DNA from: Nitrospirota bacterium
GTDB taxonomy: Bacteria; Nitrospirota; UBA9217
Assembly: GCA_029858565.1 (NCBI GenBank)
Contig: JAOUEV010000044.1
Location: forward strand, 1 to 31,474
Direction: 5' to 3'
DNA length: 31,474 nt
The notes beneath the pieces are model-generated. The model saw only the letters and a program-made list of their open reading frames with translations. It had not been told where the DNA came from and did not search any database. Shown one piece after another: positions 25,622-31,474 of the stretch. The translations under genes were made by a program, and so were the position numbers. The first letter of the stretch is position 1; every line of letters starts with the position of its first letter.

Positions 25622-26689
25622 ATGACCTATACGCATCCGAGACTGATCAAGAGACCTATCGGCCGTATCCTTGTCGATGCGGGTCTTCTGAACGATGACA
25701 AACTGAAAGAGGCTCTCGAAGAGCAGCACAGAACGAACAAACTTTTGGGCGAGATCCTCATCGCCATGGGCGCCGTCGACCGCAGGGAGCTCGATATCGC
25801 GCTCTCCCTGCAAAGCGACCTTGCGGACAGAGGGAAAGCGATACGGCTCGCGGCGGGAATACGGAATATGCTCGGCGAGCTTTTTGTCCTCGCCGGTCGC
25901 ATAACAACGGAGCAGCTGGACGGAGCGCTGGCACAGCAGAAAAGAACGGGGGAGAAGATCGGCCAGCTGCTGGTTCGGCTTGGCTTGACGACGCAGGCGG
26001 AAATCGACGCGGCGCTCGATATCCAGAAGGTGCAGGCCAAGGGCGCCGATCTGCCGACGCCGCTCAGGCTCGGCGAACTGCTCGTATCCGCCGGCCATAT
26101 CAACCGCCCGCAGCTTGAGGCCGCGCTCATCCGTCAAAAAGAATCGGGCAGGAAGATCGGCGAGATCCTGGTCGAAGGCGGCCATGTCGATCAGAAGGCC
26201 GTGGGATGGGCGGTCCGTCTGCAGGGCATGCTGCTGCGGGCCGTGCTGTGCGCAGCTCTCTCGCTTACCGCTACGGCACCTGTTCCGGAAGCGGAGGCGG
26301 GCACGGTATTCTCCGGAAAAATTCAGATCAACGCGATCGTCCTGGCGCATGCGCACGTGAACGTGCTCAGCCAGCCGCAGGAGATCGTGGTGACCGACGC
26401 CGACGTGCAGCGGGGCTATGTACAGGTCGCGGCGGCATCAACGGTCGAAGTGAAAAACAATTCACCGGCAGGCTGCCTCCTGTCCATCGCTGCATACGAT
26501 CTCCCCTTCCGAAAAACAACGGTAAGCGTGATGGGACGGGATATCGCTTTGGGGTCCAACGGCGGTCTGGTCACGCTGCCGATCCTCGGGAAATCGGTCA
26601 TAACGCTCAGTTTCCGGTTCGATCTCGCATCGGAGACCGCGCCGGGCACCTACGCCTGGCCGTTCATGCTCTCGGCCAGCCCCATGTAA
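25622..26689 (+). CDS. Three tandem MshEN-like domains + internal signal-peptide-like segment + ~129-aa beta-rich domain
   Basis: Six xLGxxLxxxGx5LxxALxxQ-like half-motifs; MLLRAVLCAALSLTATAPVPEAEA|G; C-terminus APGTYAWPFMLSASPM. Confidence 0.85.
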   Translation: MTYTHPRLIKRPIGRILVDAGLLNDDKLKEALEEQHRTNKLLGEILIAMGAVDRRELDIALSLQSDLADRGKAIRLAAGIRNMLGELFVLAGRITTEQLDGALAQQKRTGEKIGQLLVRLGLTTQAEIDAALDIQKVQAKGADLPTPLRLGELLVSAGHINRPQLEAALIRQKESGRKIGEILVEGGHVDQKAVGWAVRLQGMLLRAVLCAALSLTATAPVPEAEAGTVFSGKIQINAIVLAHAHVNVLSQPQEIVVTDADVQRGYVQVAAASTVEVKNNSPAGCLLSIAAYDLPFRKTTVSVMGRDIALGSNGGLVTLPILGKSVITLSFRFDLASETAPGTYAWPFMLSASPM

Positions 26690-26713
26690 GCGCCGGCACT
26701 GAGGAGAGACGCC

Positions 26714-27436
26714 ATGTTCGCGAAAAAAAAAGCACTCGTCATCTGCAAATCCACATCCGGCAGGCTCTGTCTCGGCATGCTGCTCAGCCGCATCGCTTAT
26801 GATCCCATTCTCACCCGGAGCGTCTACGACGCCCTGCTCCACCTGGAGGAAGAAGCGGCTTGCATCATCATTCTCGACGGCGACACGCCTGAGGAAGAGC
26901 GGAGCGAGACGTTTTCCCTTCTCAAAACCGCCACCGTGTCCCGGGAGCTCCCCATCGTCGCCGTGCTCTCGGAGGTTGACGACTCCCTCTCCATGCACCT
27001 GTCCGCATCCGGATGCGCAGCCATCATCACAAAGCCGGTCGACATTTCGCTGGCCTACGGCGTGCTCGGCAAACTGAGCGGCGAACCGCGAAAGACGCCT
27101 CGCGTGCAGGTGCGGATACGCGTCGAGATAGCGGAAGGGGCGCCGGCGCCCTCCCTTTTCAGCGTCAACATCTCCGAGGGAGGCATTTATCTCCGAACGC
27201 CTCATCCGCTTCCCGAGGACACGGTCCTTCACCTGTCCTTCACGCTGCCGTATGATCAAGAGAAAATTACCGTTGCCGGGAAAGTGGTGCGAACCACCTT
27301 GCTTGGCGCCAATCTGAATGAGGAGCCCGGCATGGGAATCAGCTTCGTCGAGATCGCCGACGAAATCATAACACGAATCCGCAATTTCGTCACATTGTCC
27401 CTGAGCAGCGACCTTGAGTGGGAAAGAGCCATATGA
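26714..27436 (+). CDS. Degenerate REC + PilZ domain protein
   Basis: REC-like (IILDGD, ITKP, no acidic pocket); PilZ motifs RKTPR and NISEGG; GMGISF. Confidence 0.9.
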   Translation: MFAKKKALVICKSTSGRLCLGMLLSRIAYDPILTRSVYDALLHLEEEAACIIILDGDTPEEERSETFSLLKTATVSRELPIVAVLSEVDDSLSMHLSASGCAAIITKPVDISLAYGVLGKLSGEPRKTPRVQVRIRVEIAEGAPAPSLFSVNISEGGIYLRTPHPLPEDTVLHLSFTLPYDQEKITVAGKVVRTTLLGANLNEEPGMGISFVEIADEIITRIRNFVTLSLSSDLEWERAI

Positions 27437-27467
27437 TCCGGAATAAAATACCACAGCAAGAAACCGA

Positions 27468-27500
27468 CGATTCGGCCGCATGGGCCACACAGCCGAATCG
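27468..27500 (-). terminator. Hairpin between convergent genes, probable terminator
   Basis: Minus strand CGATTCGGCTGTGTG-GCC-CATGCGGCCGAATCG (15-bp stem with G-U pairs) then tcggtttctt. Confidence 0.55.
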
Positions 27501-27520
27501 CGACTCTAAGGATGAGCAGC

Positions 27521-28342
27521 TTACCAAGCATTCACGAATATCCTGAGCGCGGCCATCGATTCTTTGTCGATGATCCTGACCGCCCGATGGTGAGCCTCCG
27601 CGGCATCATACACCATCGGCAACTCGCCGCCGCGCAGGGCAAGGTCTGGTCCGCTCTCGGCAGCGACATCATATGTCCCCAGGGCATGGCAGGATGCGCA
27701 GGAACCGTCGTAGGTTTCCTTTCCCCGCGCGGGATAGACTTCAGCCGGCATGGGCTCCGCCGGACCGAAGGAGCCGAGGGCGATGCTGAATTCGCCGGCG
27801 ATCCTGTAGTGCGGCTTCGGGTTGAGCGGGGAATCGTAATCGGTCATAGTCACGTCGAACTCGACAGCGACCGGGTAAGAAGTATCCGGTCCCGAGGCAA
27901 AGGAAATCGTGCCCTGCTCCACTTTTTTGTACACGGACACCTGACCGTTGAAAACGGAAAAAACGCCAGGGAACGTCTCGTACCCGGAATCTTCTCCGAG
28001 GACAAAGGTCTTGCCGGCGAGCTGCGGCATGCCGTCCTGCGTTTTCGGCACGTCGATCCTGATGATGCAGCGGTAATCCTGGTCGTAGACGCTGTCCGCA
28101 ACGCTCGCCTGGATCGACCAGAAAACGGCATTGTCCGTGGAATAATAGAAATTCGGCGTCAGAAGGCCATAGTCGTCATGGGTAACCTTCAAATAATTGG
28201 AGGAAGCGACTGCGGGCGCGTCCACCGCCGACGTGCCATCGGTCTCGGCAGATCGCCCGCAAGCCGCCAGGAGGATCAATATCGTCAGGATAAGCGCCGT
28301 TCTGAGCAGTCCTGTTCCGCTGATTTCCGTTACCTGCGTCAT
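27521..28342 (-). CDS. Lipoprotein with C-terminal monohaem cytochrome c domain
   Basis: Lipobox ILLAA|CG; beta-rich middle; RGKETYDGSCASCH...GPDL; start 28342 (ORF extends to 28372). Confidence 0.85.
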   Translation of the reverse strand: MTQVTEISGTGLLRTALILTILILLAACGRSAETDGTSAVDAPAVASSNYLKVTHDDYGLLTPNFYYSTDNAVFWSIQASVADSVYDQDYRCIIRIDVPKTQDGMPQLAGKTFVLGEDSGYETFPGVFSVFNGQVSVYKKVEQGTISFASGPDTSYPVAVEFDVTMTDYDSPLNPKPHYRIAGEFSIALGSFGPAEPMPAEVYPARGKETYDGSCASCHALGTYDVAAESGPDLALRGGELPMVYDAAEAHHRAVRIIDKESMAALRIFVNAW

Positions 28343-28416
28343 ATTTCGATATCTCATGCTATGCCTCAACAATCAGCGCCACTACTGCACGCACGGCCCC
28401 TTTTTGCTGTTAGTAA

Positions 28417-28567
28417 TTCAACTTCAATGCCAAATAACGCTTTGCCGAAATGCGTCGAGAACGTCTTGAAATGCCGTGCATTTTTCTCCCTCGCGCCGCA
28501 CTTCTTCATGCGCGCCTTTCCGCTCGCTGTGCAACTGTTGAGCATCCAGGTGTTCAATTTGGATAGC
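28417..28567 (-). promoter_or_regulatory. Candidate sigma54 promoter with two upstream enhancer-like sites
   Basis: TGGCATTGAAGTTGAA (28432-28417; GG-N10-GA, imperfect -12); TGTGCAACTGTTGAGCA (28528-28544) and TGTTCAATTTGGATAGC (28551-28567). Confidence 0.45.
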
Positions 28568-28688
28568 TTCCCGCCATGAGGCGGTCACACATGCATGATC
28601 ACCGCGAATCGGACGAGAACGGAATCCGTCCGTTCCCGGGCAGGCAAAGCAGGCCGCCTTCGGGCCGGCGGTTCGGAGTCGATGTTCC

Positions 28689-30119
28689 ATGAAAAGAAAA
28701 CTGCTGGTGCTGGACAATGACGATAAATCGCTGGAAGAACTGCACGGCATATTTGCGGGGTCCGACGTCGCCCTGTTGCAGACAACGGACGTCAGATCGG
28801 CGCTCGCATGCGCGCAAGCCGACCATCCGGATGTCGCCCTGATCGATATCGGCGTATCCGGCGGAAGGGGTCTCGGCATCCTAAAAACGCTCAGGGAGAA
28901 ATACCCCCGCATCGGGGTAATCGTGATGTCCGGACAAGGGACAACCGAGGACGCCATAGACGCGATGACGCAGGGAGCTTTCGATTATCTGACCAAGCCG
29001 CTTGACGGGCGCTTGGTAAAAAGCGTGGTTGAACGTGCCCTGCAGAACAGCATGCTGGGCCGCGAGGTGCGGATCATCGGAACGGAAGCGGAGGGAGCGG
29101 TCGAGGAGAACACCGCGGACGTCATGATCGGCGCCTCGCCGGAAGTCATCGAGATATGGAAGATGGTGGGCACACTGTCCGCGTCGGACGCGACGGTGCT
29201 CATTCAGGGAGAAAGCGGCACCGGCAAGGAACTGCTCGCCCGGTCCATTTACCATCATTCCCGCCGTCGTGACAAGCCGTTCCTGACCGTCAATTGCGCG
29301 GCCCTGCCGGAAACGCTCCTGGAAAGCGAGCTCTTCGGGCACGAAAAGGGGGCCTTCACCGACGCCTTCGCCAGGCGGATCGGCAGGTTCGAGCAAGCCG
29401 CCGGCGGGACGATTTTTCTCGACGAGATCGCGGAAATGAGCATGAAAAGCCAGGCGAAGCTGCTCCGCGTTCTGGAAAACCGGGAATTCTCGCGCGTCGG
29501 CGGCACCGAAACGCTCACGGCGGACGTGCGGGTCATCGCGGCGACGAACCGCAGCCTGATCGCTTCGGTCAAGGAGAAAAGCTTCCGCGTGGATCTCTAC
29601 TACCGTCTCAAGGTGGTGACCATCCACCTGCCTCCGCTGCGGGAGCGAATCGAGGACATCCCGCTGCTCGCCGGCCTGTTCGTCAGGCAGATCGCCCGGG
29701 AACAGCAGCAGCCTGCCGTCAGGATAGTACCCCAGGCAATGGGGCTGCTCCGAACCCATCCCTGGGAAGGCAATGTGCGGGAGCTGAAAAACGTCCTGAA
29801 GACCGCGGTCGTCTTCTGCAAAGGCGGCACGCTGCTCCCCGAGGACCTCGCCCCGCTGCTCGGCGAACCCGGGCCATCCGGTGAGCCGCCACCTGCGGCG
29901 CCCGGCGCGCCGGACAGGAAGCTGTTTCAGCCGCTCTTCGAGACCGTAGCCGGCAGCCACGCAGGAGCGGTCTACAGGAAATTCATTTCCGAAGCGGAAA
30001 AAGCGCTCATCAGCCTGGCCATGGACAGGCATCGGCAGAACGAGGTGCATGCCGCCCGTTTCCTCGGCATCAGCAGGAACACTTTGCGGCAGCGGTTAAA
30101 AACACACGGCATAAAATGA
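28689..30119 (+). CDS. NtrC-family sigma54-dependent response regulator
   Basis: REC; GESGTGKE; ESELFGHEKGAFTDA; FLDEI; DLYYRL; WEGNVREL; Fis-type HTH AARFLGISRNTL. Confidence 0.95.
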   Translation: MKRKLLVLDNDDKSLEELHGIFAGSDVALLQTTDVRSALACAQADHPDVALIDIGVSGGRGLGILKTLREKYPRIGVIVMSGQGTTEDAIDAMTQGAFDYLTKPLDGRLVKSVVERALQNSMLGREVRIIGTEAEGAVEENTADVMIGASPEVIEIWKMVGTLSASDATVLIQGESGTGKELLARSIYHHSRRRDKPFLTVNCAALPETLLESELFGHEKGAFTDAFARRIGRFEQAAGGTIFLDEIAEMSMKSQAKLLRVLENREFSRVGGTETLTADVRVIAATNRSLIASVKEKSFRVDLYYRLKVVTIHLPPLRERIEDIPLLAGLFVRQIAREQQQPAVRIVPQAMGLLRTHPWEGNVRELKNVLKTAVVFCKGGTLLPEDLAPLLGEPGPSGEPPPAAPGAPDRKLFQPLFETVAGSHAGAVYRKFISEAEKALISLAMDRHRQNEVHAARFLGISRNTLRQRLKTHGIK

Positions 30120-30699
30120 TCAAACGGAAGGCAAAGTATTTTTTTGCCTTGGCTATCATCGTGATGACCAGGGGGACGGCGATCAGAGCGAGGACTGTGC
30201 CAATAATGCCGAAAGGAACAGGCGTCCTTGTACTGAACCTCCTTGCGCCATTATGTCGCGCCTGACCGGTACCAGACAGCTGCTCTTCCACATTCGGCCG
30301 TTCAAAGAGCCTGACAGGGCCAACCTCACGCGCCGTCAGCCTGCCGGGGCAGGACACACCGAACCATGGCGGCACCACGAACTGGCCGATGAAAACAATA
30401 TGGAGAAGATGATAAGAACAGGCCTTGGAAAGACAAGAAATGGGACGTTTTGCCCCAAGGCTCTTTGTCCGCTATGCCTCGGCTCGACAGGAAAAAGAGC
30501 GTTCCGACGAACACAAAAGCAATGAGCGCAAGAGCGGGATCGGAAAGGGGCTTTTATCGGGCGGAAAGAGCGATGGTACGATAAAGTTCCAGAACCCTGC
30601 GAACAGGCAGAACCGGCCGATACCCTTCACAACTTTGGCAGCCTTGGCCGCGTTCAGCTCGCGTTTTCGAAGTTCGTATATGAGGTCGAAAAGGCTCAT
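30116..30699 (-). pseudogene. Frameshifted membrane-protein remnant
   Basis: Hydrophobic segments split over several frames: MSLFDLIYE...FCLFAGFWNFIVP / ALIAFVFVGTLFFLSSRGI..KEPWG / FIGQFVVPPWFG...VPFGIIGTVLALIAVPLV; lower GC than neighbouring genes. Confidence 0.5.
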
Positions 30700-30789
30700 A
30701 TGATACCCTTGCCAAAATGACGAATATACAGCGACCTTTCCTACGAAAGGTACTTTTCTGGCCTGCGAAAGTTCATTCGGACCGCCGAG

Positions 30790-31129
30790 GTAGAGTAGAG
30801 AGCTGGTCACTTGACCAGCCCTCCCTCATCAAACCGTGCATGCAGTTTTCCCGCACACGGCTTTCCGATGTTCTTCACCGTAAGGCATGCGCCTTCGTCC
30901 AACCCGCTGTCGTCGGCACTTTATAGAGCCCATACTTCTCGTACAAAGACCTATTGGTGACTCTCGTAAACCCTGCTGCCCTGCTCTTGATCTTATGCCG
31001 CTTCCGCAGATGCGTGCGTACACGCGCTTCCACATGGAACTTGAGACGGTTGAACGCCTTAGTGCTGTTGCGGTAATGAAAATATCCGACCCAGCCCCGG
31101 AGAGCGGTGTTGACCTCTTCAATTATCAC
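30790..31129 (-). mobile_element. Group II intron, 3' fragment (maturase end, domains V and VI)
   Basis: Domain V AAGCCGTGTGCGGGAAAACTGCATGCACGGTTT (about 30863-30831); domain VI GGGCTGGTCA-AG-TGACCAGCTCTCTACTCTAC ending at 30790. Confidence 0.92.
30875..31129 (-). pseudogene. C-terminal maturase (domain X) fragment of a group II intron reverse transcriptase
   Basis: IEEVNTALRGWVGYFHY...RKRHK...LYEKYGLY; stops just before domain V with no endonuclease domain; cut at the IS end. Confidence 0.88.
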
Positions 31130-31474
31130 GTTTGTCGGACTTTCCCGACTGAATCAAATATGTTATAGTCCGCTCAGCTATTCAATCGCACGTAGCGAGG
31201 TTGAACAGAAATGAGCGCAAAGTTTATCGATTACGATCAATCAACACTCTATTTGCTGCCGCCGTCGCTTCAGGACTGGCTGCCCGAAGATCACCTGGCC
31301 CGATTCGTCGTCGAGATCGTGGATCAGCTCGATCTCAGCTCTTTGAAAGCCGCATATGCGGGGCGCGGTTCCCAGCCTTATAATCCCGAGATGCGTCTGG
31401 CGCTTCTGTTCTATGGATACGCCACCGGGGTGTTCTCCAGCCGGAAGCTGGAGCGGAGCACCTATGATTCGGTT
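31130..31474 (+). mobile_element. IS1182-family insertion sequence, left part
   Basis: Probable left end GTTTGTCGGACTT at 31130, exactly where the intron ORF breaks; TGtTATAGT -10 ahead of the transposase. Confidence 0.85.
31211..31474 (+). CDS. IS1182-family transposase, N-terminal part (runs off the window)
   Basis: Translated by hand: MSAKFIDYDQSTLYLLPPSLQDWLPEDHLARFVVEIVDQLDLS...GSQPYNPEMRLALLFYGYATGVFSSRKLERSTYDSV (DUF772-type N-terminus). Confidence 0.9.
   Translation, partial: MSAKFIDYDQSTLYLLPPSLQDWLPEDHLARFVVEIVDQLDLSSLKAAYAGRGSQPYNPEMRLALLFYGYATGVFSSRKLERSTYDSV

Noticed and set aside
28393-28408. Plus-strand sigma54 site cGGcccctttttGCt
   Set aside because: GG-GC spacing is 9 rather than the required 10.
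27512-28579. Long antisense ORFs (e.g. 27512-28579, 4057-5367, 11642-12832, 17036-18193, 23355-24515, 28881-30050)
   Set aside because: They lie opposite well-supported genes, show no domain motifs, and are expected in high-GC DNA.
30875-31129. RT fragment as a retron or diversity-generating retroelement acting on the pilins or adhesin
   Set aside because: It is followed by canonical group II intron domains V and VI, and I saw no template/variable repeat pair with adenine-specific differences.

Overview
GC-rich bacterial window. The gene content resembles Nitrospirota or Desulfobacterota, which is inference only. (1) 1-1600: 5' end of a poly-HAMP signalling gene on the minus strand, its promoter, and two copies of a ~160-bp MITE-like element with 3-bp TNA target duplications. 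(2) 1660-14531 (minus): a type IV filament cluster, pilB-pilC-pilin-like-major pilin-four MSHA-like minor pilins-Ig-repeat tip-adhesin candidate-small MerR-like HTH-pilMNOPQ, with no pilT or prepilin peptidase. (3) 14804-27436 (plus): a NarL-family regulator, then a long signalling/redox run: two decayed-gene scars, REC, haem-c-sensing histidine kinase, double REC, hybrid kinase, REC-HD-GYP, two pairs of HAMP-only membrane protein plus multihaem cytochrome, a 3xMshEN protein fused to an internal signal peptide and a beta-rich domain, and a REC-PilZ protein. (4) 27521-30119: a monohaem lipoprotein divergent from a sigma54 activator. (5) 30116-31474: a frameshifted membrane-protein remnant and the 3' end of a group II intron cut by an IS1182-family element. 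The most interesting signals are the MshEN-signal peptide fusion inside a haem/c-di-GMP/pilus neighbourhood, a promoter module with tandem palindromes present twice 14 kb apart, and heptamer/palindromic repeats inserted in frame in prepilin leaders and in the same loop of two kinases.
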